Positions 25,041 to 35,999 of a DNA stretch of 64,000 nt are shown here, in pieces; the first letter of the stretch is position 1, and each line of letters opens with the position of its first letter. The notes under the pieces were generated by a model. The model made no database searches. It worked only from the letters and a program-made list of their open reading frames with translations, and had not been told where the DNA came from. The position numbers and the translations under genes are program-made. The DNA is from Cyanophora paradoxa CCMP329 (Eukaryota; Plantae; Glaucophyta): contig QPMI01000106.1 in the NCBI GenBank assembly GCA_004431415.1, positions 248,001-312,000 on the forward strand. Direction: 5' to 3'.

Positions 25041-28000
25041 ATGGCCGCAGCTGCGCATGCAGCGCCCGACGTCGACTCGCTGGACTGTTGCGTATGTCTG
25101 GAGCAGCTCCGGCAGCCCTCGACGCTCTCATGCAACCACACGTTCTGCCGGGACTGCATTCTCGCGCTCCCCGGCGTGCGCGAGGCCGTCGGCCGCCGCG
25201 AGACGGCGCGGGCGACTTGTCCACTGTGCCGGCAGCAGGCCCAAGTGCCTCCCGATGTGCCATGGCCCGTGCGTGCCCTGCGCATGCGCGCATGCGCTCC
25301 CTTGTCCATGTGCAGATCGAAATTTAAACTCTGATCATGAAATATTTTAATCTAGCCTATAGCTAGTATACGTAGATCGACGTCGATATTATCATGCATG
25401 ATCATGATCATGATGATATGCATGACGTCGACGCCTTTTGCCATTTTCAGAGGCAGCACGAGCTCGATGCGCGCCGAGCCAGGTGCTTGCCACCGAGATT
25501 CCGGCGGGGGAAATCATCCGCGGCCCCGGTGCGTATCGTAATCAAATCAAATCAAAATCAAATTAAAGCGTATTTTACGTACGCTCGCTTGCATGCACGT
25601 GATCTTTAAGACGAATATTGAATATAATATCAATATTGACGCGCCGCGGCGAGAGCAGAGATCGGCCGCGGGGCGATGGGGACCGTGTTTGCGGGGACGT
25701 GGGGCGGGCGGCCGGTCGCCTTGAAGGTCATCGAGGCGGCGGCGCTCGGCTCGGCAGGGGACCGCGAGGCAGCCGCGCGGCGCCTACGACGCGAAGCAGC
25801 GATCTTGAGGTGCGAATTCGAATATATATAATAAATTGAGACATCATTCGCACCCGCTCTAGACCTCTGCAGCAGCAGCTTTAATTTCTCACTTTCATTA
25901 ATTTTGCGGGCAGCATGGTGCGTCACCCCGGCGTGGTGCAGTTCTATGGAGTGGTGCGGGAGGCGGGCGGCGGGGTGACTTTAGTGACGGAGCGGGCGGA
26001 CACAAGCCTGCGGGCGCTGCTGGCGGATCCAGATCCGCGTCGGCGTCTGAGCCTCGCCGAGAGCCTCGACCTCGGTGCGCCGCCGCGCGCGTCTTAAGCT
26101 GCAAATTATAATTAGATGCGAATTTAATATTCGATTGGCTGCGCATGCGCGCGTGCGCGAATCGAGTTTCGAATACAGAAAGAAATTAAAAAGCCCTTCG
26201 AATTCGGATATCTAATTCGCATGTACATGTGCAGGGGAGCAGGTGCTGGCGGCGCTGGCGCATCTGCATTCGCGCAACATCGTTCATCGCGACGTCAAGC
26301 CGGGCAACATCCTAGTGCGCGCCATTCGAATTCCGGCCATGGCCACGGCTAGGCGCCGGCTTCTTAAGCTTGGACATTTAAAGCTTGCTGACGGGTTCTC
26401 GGTGTCGACAGCGACGGCGGCTGTTGGCACTTTCGCATACGCGGCACCGGAGGCCCTGAGGGGGGAGGTCCGGTGCGGTCGCGAGGCGGAAGCTGCAGCT
26501 CTAGACCTTTAATTAGATCTAGATTTAGATCTAGATCTAGAGAGGCGCTGCAACGGAATTTCTGATCATGATCATGAGCAACGGGGCCCACGCGCAGGCC
26601 GGATTTTGCTGCGGACGTATATGGGGCGGCAGTTGTGTTGAACGAGGCGCTGTCGAAAAAGGTTCCCTTTGCGGGCGTGCACCTCTATCAGGTCAGCAAA
26701 CATAAATAATAAGTTTGATTTTGCGATATTAATGCGATTCAACCGGTACCGAGATGCGGGTTTGCACACTCCGGTCGGCGCGCCCCTTCTTAGGCGCGGG
26801 CGGCAGGTAATGCAACGCGTGCTGGGGGGCCAGCGTCCGGCGCTCGCGACGGAGGGTGCGTTTGCCTGGTTGTTTCGTGCGTGTGAATTAAAGTTCGGGC
26901 CGGGCTCACGCACTGCGGCATGGGCCGGCAGGAGTGCCGTCAGCGGTGCGGGCGCTGGTGCAGCGCATGTGGACGGCGGAAGCAGCGGCGCGGCCCTCTG
27001 CGGAGGATGCGCGCCGCGCGCTCGTGGCTGCAGCTGCCTCATCATTGCAATCGGAACAGGTTTAATTTCCAGTTTCGCTTGTAATTATACAATATATCGC
27101 TCACGCGGGCTCATCTCGCGCACCCAAGGATTTTCCGGAAACGATCCAAGAATTCTCAGCGCGGCTGTCCATCCGGCATCAGAACAGCGGGGCAGTTTAC
27201 GAGTTTTCTGCACGGCATCGCGCGTTTGACGATCGCAATATCGTTTACGGAGGTGGCGATCGAGGCCCTAACGTTCAACACATTGATCGTGATCTATAGC
27301 TATATCTTTTCCGTAATGAGTGGGCGACGTTCAAAAATGCCTTCTCCTTCGTCTCCAGGATGATGATCAGCTCCTGCATCTACGGTGGCGACGTCGGACA
27401 AAGTACAGTGAGGGCCGAATCGGACATCAGCCGTCCGTTGAATTCTTGGTTTTCTTTTCGGAGATTTTTGCAGGGGCAATTGCAAGGCATTGTCCAGTTC
27501 CGTGCCCGTGCATCCGATTCGAGCAACTGGATCGACGTCAGCCGCACCAACGTTAACCCCGTCGTCCGGCTTCAGTGCGTTCATGATCAGCCGCAGCTGA
27601 ATTTAAGTAGAGTGCGGGGCTCATGATCATACTGCAATTTATATAATTACAGGGAGGGCGGAGAACTTCTGCTCGAAGTGTTGCTTGAGCGAGACCTCAC
27701 GGAAGAGCTTGATCGCTTCCGAACCTCACGCATCCTTGTCCGGACTCTAACAGGTACACGTATATACTTTGTTGGCTTCGAATTCCACATTAATATAGTA
27801 TATATTTGGAATCGCAGGGGAAACCCTGGAGTTGAACGTGCCCCTTCAATCGTTGGTGGAGGATGTTAAAAGGGGTCATCTGGGTAGTGCATGGCGCCAT
27901 CCCACGTGAGCTTGCGCTATAGCTATATATATCAATATCGTTTTATTCAGCATATGCATGGCCTTGCAATTGAATTCTCAACGCTGATCATGAATCCGCG

Positions 28001-28131
28001 GCCCTTCATGATCAGATCAGCAACGCTTGCAGTTTGAAGGAACACAACTCGCAAATGACTGCACGCTGACTGATTTCAACATACAAGAAGGGAGCACATT
28101 GTATTTAATCTTAGAACTTCGAGGAAATTAA
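25041..28131 (+). pseudogene. RING, TKL-type protein kinase, C-terminal ubiquitin-like fusion gene; probably degenerate
   Basis: CCVCLEQLRQPSTLSCNHTFCRDC...CPLCR; IGRGAMGTVF..VALK; HPGVVQFYG; IVHRDVKPGNIL; GTFAYAAPE; ADVYG; ubiquitin-like VRTLT-GKTLELNV...[12 protein letters not shown]...[20 protein letters not shown] is missing and there is an apparent frameshift in the ubiquitin exon. Confidence 0.75.
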
Positions 28132-28671
28132 ACTGGTACGCAGACTTGATTTGCAATTAAATCGGTTGCTTATGTTCTAGCTATATATAGGTTGTGCGAA
28201 TTTGCCGCGTGCGCAGTATACGTACCGTAGTACTAGTGCACGATCATTCAAATTAAATTTGTTCATGCTGCCAGGCTGCTAGTACGTTTCGACAGCTCGG
28301 TTTCTTTAGGATAAAATGTATATTTCGACCCACTGCGCCCGGGCGCCCCCCCTCCCCCCCCTCCCCTCCGGGATATCGATCCCCCCGCGGGCCGGCCCCC
28401 CCCTCCCGGGTCCCCCCGCCCCCCCGGCCCATGCGCACTCCCCCACCTAGTACCCGCACTAGTACTAGGCGCCGGCGCCCACTCGCCACCGCCGCCCACC
28501 GGTATGTATACCTGGGCACGGGCAGGTCCCAGCCCTGCCACTGATATCGATCATGACGCAGGTCCCCGCGCGCAAAGCGCTATCTTCATCGGTGATCATC
28601 GGATATCGATATTAATTACTACGAAGTCATACACACACACACACACACAATTACTGTCAGTGTATACGTCT

Positions 28672-28706
<35 letters not shown>

Positions 28707-28750
28707 TATAATACGTATACCCGAGCTAGCTAGCTTTTTTTAAGAGACAA

Positions 28751-29013
28751 CCGTCGGGCACTAAATTACTGCGGCGTTAATTAACGCGGTTTCAAAAATG
28801 GCCCTCCTCTGAGCGAAATACCGCGGTACCAAATTAACGCGAGTTAAACAATTTGAGGCTTGTATGGGGGTAGTAATTTCAGGGGGTACTGTATGGGGCG
28901 ACTTCTCAGCAGCAAATTACCGCGGCACCAAATTACCGCGTTTTAACAAACTTTTGGCGCATTAATTTGGTACCGCGTTAGTTAAGTGCCCGCGGTACTT
29001 AAGTGCCCTACGG
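28751..29013. mobile_element. MITE with CCGT- termini (pogo/Tc1-mariner-like)
   Basis: TIRs ccgtcgggcactaaa / ttaagtgccctacgg, followed by TA on the right; internal repeated aaattaccgcg(gtacc) motifs in both orientations. Confidence 0.65.
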
Positions 29014-30644
29014 TACGGCGCGGGCCGGCGCCGCGCCGCGCGCGGCCCTATAGCTAGGCCTGCGCATGCGCATGCAGGCAGCAGGCTGCAGGCTGCAGCT
29101 GCCTCATAAATCAGCCGGAGTCAGGCAGCCGGAGCTCGCGATCGAGCGCTAGCTCGCCCCCGCGGCCGCGGCCGAGGGCCAAGCGCTAGCGTTAGCATAT
29201 AGCCCGCGCGCGGCCTCACTGACCAGTGAGTCGGTGCCGCGGCACTAGTACTGCGCATGCCGCCTCACCACTGCCTCACCACTACTAGCTAGTATACTGG
29301 CATGGGCTATACTACTATATATAGCTACTATGGCCCTTCAAAGGCTCGCGCGCAGTGCCGCGCACTATAGCTAGTACTCATGATCATGATCAGTGACTAG
29401 CGCTAGCTGGGCATTGGGTCGAGTCTCCGGCGACTCTAGATCTCCGCCGACTCTCCGCCGAGTCTCCGGTCAACCGGTGAAGGGAAACAAAAAACACTGA
29501 ACGATAACAAATTAAAGTTTTTTAAAAGTCGAGTCAAGGGATCCGGAAGAAAAAGGATAAAGGGATTAAAAAAACCACTCCGGATCCAGATCGAGTGAAG
29601 GGAAGAAAAAGCACAAAAAATGTTTTTTGTTTGAAGACTTGCTCCTAACCACATGTATCAATGATGTATGATTAATTTTGTTAGTCGCGCCGGTCGATAT
29701 CGACGTTCCGGAATCCGGATCCCGGGCCACTGCAGTCTGCAGTCTGCAGCTGCAGCTGGCACTGGCCGGGCTGGGGCCGGGCGCTCCCGGCGTCCCGCGG
29801 CCCGCGGGCCGCAGCCGGTCGTTCGAATTCATGATCGGATATCGCGATCGATCCGGATTCGCGCATCGATCGCGATACTATGATATCCCGATATATCGAT
29901 CGATATCGATACCGATACTGGTAACGTATACGTACTAGTATAATTTAACAGAACGATTCGATTTCGATCGGGGCCGGGGAACTTCGAACTCGAATTCGAA
30001 GAAAAAGAGCTAGGACGCTCGTAACCACGTCTTATTACCTTGTTGTCCTGACGTCATATTGGAAAAACTATAGCGCTAGCGCCGCTAGCTGAGATGCGAC
30101 TGGTTGCATGCGCATATATATATATATATACGCATGCCGCAGTGCGCGCAGCGCGCGCATGCGCAGTGCCACGTGCACGGTGACATATATATGCTACTAC
30201 TAGTACTAGTAGTACTAGCTATATATATAGCTAGTGCCGCCGCACTGCCGGGCGCCGGCGCCGGGCGCCGCTGCATGCCGCGGCGGCGCGGGCCGGCCGG
30301 ATCGGAGCCTGGCCCCGCGATCGCGATCGCGAGGCGCCGGGCGCCGGCCGGCCGCGGGAGCTCGATCGCGAGCTCGCATGCGCAGTGCACTTGCCTCGCT
30401 CGCACTCGCGTCGATCGAGCTCCCATGGCCAGAACTAGAATTCGAATAGCTCGCGCTCCTAGGACGCGCCGGCGCCGCGGGCCTCGAGCTCGCACTCGAG
30501 CTCCCAGAATAGCTCGTGCTCCTAGGACGCACTGTACATGTCCCGGCCCGCAGCGAGCTGTGCGCGCGCCGCAGCTCTCCTCATTCTGCTTCAGCGTCCC
30601 GCTGCTGCGTAAAACCCGCGCTCCTCCCGCTTTCCCGCTCTAAC

Positions 30645-32032
30645 ATGCCTTGCTTCGCCGGTATCCTCAAGAGCCTGCAGCGGGCGACGGCCGTCGTCGA
30701 CCGCACCTGCAGCCTAGCCCTCGACAGTTTCGTCGACGTCGTCGAGAAACTGTTCGGGCAAGCACCAAAGCCGCAGCCGCAGCCGCAGCCGCAGCCGAAG
30801 CAGCCGCAGCCCGACTCCGACTCCGAGCCCGAGGTGAGCGACAGCGGCTCGGAGTCGGAGTCCCGGAGTGAGGTGCGCGCGCGTTGCGTCCCTTTTCCAC
30901 TTCAGTAAAACTCGCCTGATCATGACGCCGGCCGCCTCCTCGTCCGCAGACTCTGGTGAAGATCTCAACAGACGTCGACGAGGTGTGTGCACGCGAACGC
31001 CTACGTATACGCGCGCGCGCATGCGCGCGCTAGCGCTGCCGCTAAAGCTTTACACATATATTTATATTTCAGGCGTATACGTATACGTATACGTAATATT
31101 GATACGTAAACGTCGTTATAAAATACTTACACTTCAAAGACTTGTACGTACGCGTACGTATACGTATACGTAATAATTATACGCGTACGTATACGTATAC
31201 GTCGACGTCGTTAAACAATACGTATACGTACACTTGTACATACGTACGCGTATACGTATACGTATTCGTATATATATATATAAACGTATCGACCGGACCG
31301 CCGCTGCAGCTGACGCGCACTTCTCCTTTTTCGTTGCGCAGCTGCAGCTGCAGGACAATTCAGCGGACAGCGATGTGGAGGTGTGTGTTGCACGTTGCAA
31401 TTGCGCTGCGCTACTAGCAGCGCTAGCTATAGCCCTTTCTCGCGTTTTTTCGCTGACGTCGATCCGTCCGCGTATATCAGATCACAGCTGCAGCTCCGGC
31501 CGCGGCCGAGGATCCAGCGATCGACGACGCAGCTGCAGCCCCGACCACAGCAGCAGCTGCAGCGCCGGCGCCGGCCGCGGATGCAGCTGCAGCAGTCAAC
31601 GACGTCGACGCAGCAGCGGCCCCGGCCTCAGCAGCTGCAGCGCCAGCGCCGGCGCCGGCCGCGGATCCTGCAGCCGAAGAGTGCAGCCAGCGGCCGGTCC
31701 TCTACGGGATGATGACGAATATTAATATTGATTCGAAGCTGCAGCGGGGCTCCCGGCTCCCCAAGCCCGTCAGCCCCGAGATGGCAGCCCTTAGGGGCGC
31801 CTTCCTAGCCGTCGGCAACAACTCCAGCGATGTCGACGAGTCCGGCATGCGCGTGCGCAGCTGGTGCAACTGGCACGGCGCCGTAGCGGTGGAGCTGGCC
31901 TGCCAGATTGCAGCCATGCCATCAGCGCCGCGGCCGGGGCGGCTCAGCAAGCCCAGCTCGGCAGCCTCCTGCAGCAACGCGGCGCAAGAGCTGGCATGCG
32001 TCCTCGCAGCCATCCGGACAGCTGCAGCCTGA
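30645..32032 (+). CDS. Hypothetical, probably decayed multi-exon gene
   Basis: ATG 30645 exon MPCFAGILKSLQRATAVVDRTCSLALDSFVDVVEKLFG ending at a GT donor; final coding-like exon 31740-32032; no recognisable domain. Confidence 0.35.
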
Positions 32033-32067
32033 GGCCCCGGCCCAACCCAGCGAGCAGCTGCAGCCTC

Positions 32068-33212
32068 TGGCCGCTGAAGCTCGCTCCTCCATCGGGGCGG
32101 GCGGATTTGGTCTCTTGTTTGGCCTCTGAAGCCTGCTCCTCCATCGGGGCGGGCGGATTTGGTCTTGTTTTGGCCTCTGAAGTTTGCTCCTGCTTCGGAG
32201 CAAGCGGATTTGGTCTTGTTTTGGCCTCTGAAGCTCGTCCCTTCTTCGGGGCGAGCGGATTTGGTCTTGTTTGGCCTCTGAAGCTCGTCCCTTCTTCGGG
32301 TCGAGCGGATTTGGTCTTGTTTGGCCTCTGAAGCCCGTCCCTTCTTCGGGTCGAGCGGATTTGGTCTTGTTTTGGCCTCTGAAGCTCGTCCCTTCTTCGG
32401 GGCGGGCGGATTTGGTCTTGTTTGGCCTCTGAAGCTCGTCCCTTCTTCGGGGCGGGCGGATTTGGTCTTGTTTGGCCTCTGAAGCTCGTCTCTTCTTCGG
32501 GGCGGGCGGATTTGGTCTTGTTTGGCCTCTGAAGCTCGTCCCTTCTTCGGGGCGGGCGGATTTGGTCTTGTTTGGCCTCTGAAGCTCGTCCCTTCTTCGG
32601 GGCGGGCGGATTTGGTCTTGTTTGGCCTCTGAAGCTCGTCCCTTCTTCGGGGCGGGCGGATTTGGTCTTGTTTGGCCTCTGAAGCTCGTCCCTTCTTCGG
32701 GGCGGGCGGATTTGGTCTTGTTTGGCCTCTGAAGCTCGTCCCTTCTTCGGGGCGGGCGGATTTGGTCTTGTTTGGCCTCTGAAGCCCGCCCCTCCATCGG
32801 GGCGGGCGGATTTGGTCTTGTTTGGCCTCTGAAGCTCGTCCCTTCTTCGGGTCGAGCGGATTTGGGCTTGTTGCAATTGGGCCTCTGAAGCTCGTCCCTT
32901 CTTCGGGGCGGGCGGATTTGGTCTTGTTGGGCCTCTGAAGCTCGTCCCTTCTTCGGGGCGGGCGGATTTGGTCTTGTTTGGCCTCTGAAGCTCGTCCCTT
33001 CTTCGGGTCGAGCGGATTTGGTCTTGTTTGGCCTCTGAAGCTCGTCCCTTCTTCGGGGCGGGCGGATTTGGTCTTGTTGGGCCTCTGAAGCTCGTCCCTT
33101 CTTCGGGGCGGGCGGATTTGGTCTTGTTTGGCCTCTGAAGCCCGCCCCTCCATCGGGGCGAGTGAATTTGGTCTCATTTTCTGCTGAAAGCTCGCCCCTC
33201 CGTCGGGGCGGG
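32068..33212. repeat. Minisatellite, about 23 copies of a 50-bp unit
   Basis: Unit gaagctcgtcccttcttcggggcgggcggatttggtcttgtttggcctct repeated head-to-tail with few variants. Confidence 0.97.
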
Positions 33213-33323
33213 CCGAGGCGTCGCTGAAGTGGTTTTTCGCCGCAACAGCGATTCTTTGCATGCCATGATGCCACTAAATTTTAATTGCAATAGTACCGGC
33301 CGCAGACACTAGATAATGACAGT

Positions 33324-34446
33324 GCCCCCAATTCACAAGCTTACCAGGAGGGGACCCCGCCGGGGTCGATTGCGATTGCAGGCACACACCTCTATCTACG
33401 CGACCGAGGGGTGCCACGCGACGGCCCCCGCGCCTCGCCGGGAGGGGCGTAGGGCCACAAGACTGTAGCCTAGTAGTGGACTACTGTGAGCTGATAAAAC
33501 CGACGCAAATATACATATCCGGAACGGGGCTGAGAGTATATGGGGCTAATCAGATGGGCTGGGCGTCGAAGGCTGCGGTCGCGTGCGTCGCGATCGAATA
33601 TAGAGCTGCCGGACCGGACCCGTCGGGGCATGGGGACGCCCGCTAGAGGGCTGGGACGTCGGGGCCGCCAAGGGCCGCCCCGCGACCCTAATCCGCCACG
33701 CGGCGAGTAGAGCTGACGCCCCCTAACGGGCGCCAGGTGCTCGTCTCCGGAATGCTAGAGCAGGCGACTGAAAAAGAGCGTACTATGTCTCGTTATATCT
33801 CTGAGCCTATTTACAAGTGAGAGTAGACGTTGACGGAAACGTGCTATTGGCGCTAGCTGAGGAACGGAACGGGGAAGCGAAGGGGGCGAGGGCTTTGAAG
33901 GGAGGGGAAGGCCCGAATAAAAAGGAAAGGGGGACGCCCGGCCGCAGGGGCCTGAGGCCCACCCCGTGGCCGGCGTGGCCGCGGGCCGCGCAGCCGCACG
34001 CCGCGGGCGCGGAGATCGGGAGGGTCGGGAGGGCGGAGGCCGCGGACGTGGCCGCGGGCGCGCCGGCGGGGATGGTCGCCGCTTGCGCGGGGCCCGAGAG
34101 GAGGTGAAGCACAAAGCCCGGGTCGCCGCCTGGCGGGGAAGGCCGGGCGAAGGGGGGCGGGGGGCGTGGGCAGGGCGGGGGGCTGGGGTGGATCGATGGA
34201 GCAAGAACCTGAGGCCTGGGGCGCAGAAAAGTGAGGCGCACGCCATGGCGGTCGACGTCCGGCGCCGGCGGAAAAGCGAGAAGCGGTGGCGCAGGCACGC
34301 TGCTAGTGCAGCAATGCTAGAAAGCGCCATGTCTCTTTCTGGCAGCTCGAAGGGCCTCCCGGGACGGCAATATGCACAGCGCCTCTTCGATAGGCAGGCC
34401 GAGCGCCGTCGGGGCAGGCCACGTCGCCCCCAATTCACAAGCTTAC
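33324..34446. mobile_element. 1.08-kb insertion bounded by 21-bp perfect direct repeats
   Basis: gcccccaattcacaagcttac at 33324-33344 and 34426-34446; the interior has few of the palindromic expansions seen in the flanks. Confidence 0.55.
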
Positions 34447-34461
34447 TAAATTAAAGTTAAG

Positions 34462-35032
34462 TGCCCCCCTGGGCAATTAAAGTGCGGCAGCCCTTGCAGT
34501 GCTGGCCATGGCCGGTAATTCATGATCACCAAGAATAATGTTTTTTTGGGAATATATTAATGCTCTCGATCATAGTCGACGCGTACGCTTGTCATTTCAT
34601 GCCTTGTTCGAATCGTAGTCGACGGGGGCGATGTTCGAATCGCCCTGCTCATGCAATGAGAATCACGCCTTCAAATCCCACCCGTCCCTGCCGATCATGC
34701 CCGATCGATCATGATCATGCCCCACCTTGCCGCAGTGCCCCACCTTGCATGAATATTAATTAATACGCCCCCACAGTGCTGGAGCCCGAGTAGGCTAGCT
34801 ATAGAGCTCGAGGCTGTGGCCGGTAATTCAACAAAAAAATAATTTGGTCGGTAGGGCTGTGGCCGGTAGAGTGCAACTCTATCTGGCAAGTGTGCACGCG
34901 CTCTTCGAATTCTACTGTATATATATATAGATCTGATCATGATTATTCTACTCGCGATCGAGCTATTTTTTTTTGGTGAATTACCGGCCACAGTCTCTAG
35001 ACACCAGCACTGCGGGGGCTGCCCAGGGGGCA
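34462..35032. mobile_element. Degenerate MITE/foldback element with an internal extra TIR copy
   Basis: Left tgcccccctgggca...gcagtgctgg..tggccggtaattca; right (reverse complement) tgccccctgggcagcccccgcagtgctgg..ctgtggccggtaattcacc; third copy at about 34768-34841. Confidence 0.6.
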
Positions 35033-35223
35033 TAAAGACAAAAAAGCAAAATAACTAAGACAAGAGCACGAAGAAAGATAAGACAAAGAGCCAAAATCGA
35101 CAATAATAAAGAAAAGACACAGAGCTCGAGACAGATCGAGAAGAGCTAGCTCATGCAGCTCGTTCGTCATTAATATAATTATATAAGTATTTGCTGCGTT
35201 CCCGTGTCCCTTATCGTAACCCG

Positions 35224-35314
35224 ACCTTTGCTGTATCTTTGATTTGTGATTGCTTTGTTGTCCTTAATATCACTACCTACGGGGGGTTCGCCCCACCGTA
35301 GGCTCTCATAAAAA
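35224..35314 (+). mobile_element. 5'-truncated non-LTR retroelement 3' end with 14-bp target-site duplication
   Basis: TSD cttatcgtaacccg at 35210-35223 and 35315-35328; the insert matches the 3' UTR, hairpin and A-tail at about 46285-46374. Confidence 0.85.
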
Positions 35315-35999
35315 CTTATCGTAACCCGCCGCCAGCCGTAATTTCAAGTTTCCCTCGGAGCTCTTACTTGGAATTGTGTTCGTTACTTGTGATTATCCAG
35401 TTCATGCATGAGCGCATCAAGCTTGCACATCAAGAGGCACATAAAACGGAACCGTTCTCAAACTCGTGCCCAGGCGGGGGGACGTGCCCACCTTCCGTTT
35501 TTAGGCGGGGGCGGGGGCGTATGTGTGGCGGGGCAGGGCAGGGCGGGCGGGCGGGAGGGGCGGAGGGCGCAGGGGGCCGGGGCAGGGCGCCTGGGGCGGA
35601 AGTGCCCCTGCCCGGCCGCCTGCCGGCCGTTCGCGGGAGCGGCGGGGTGCGCCAGTGGGGCGGAAGTGGGGCGGCGTGGACGATTCCGCGCGAGCCCCCT
35701 GCGGTGGCGGCGGCGCGTGCCGGGGCAGGCGGGGGCGTAGACGCGGGAAGGGTACGCCGCCTCGCCGAACCGGTGTCCGGGGAGGGGGCGGCCGAGGGGG
35801 GGTAGGGGGAGTGGCTGGGGGTACGGGTCTGCGCACCGTCCCGAGCTTCAATGCCGCAGGCTGTGCGGCCGCAGCCTGGCAGAGCCTCTCCTCGCGCCGC
35901 GCGCCGGCCGTTTGAGGGACGAGGACAGAGCCTGCGGGGTACGGCTCTGCCCAACGCCGTCCTGCGCTTCGACGCCGCCGGCTGTACCCCCGCCGAGCC

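Noticed and set aside
32068-33212. CRISPR array, or the long 310-519 aa minus-strand ORFs
   Set aside because: Units are contiguous with no unique spacers and there are no cas genes. The ORFs arise because the 50-bp unit has no stop codon on that strand.
33440-33520. Hammerhead or HDV ribozyme in the direct-repeat insertion
   Set aside because: No complete CTGATGA...GAAA core or HDV pseudoknot could be assembled by eye.
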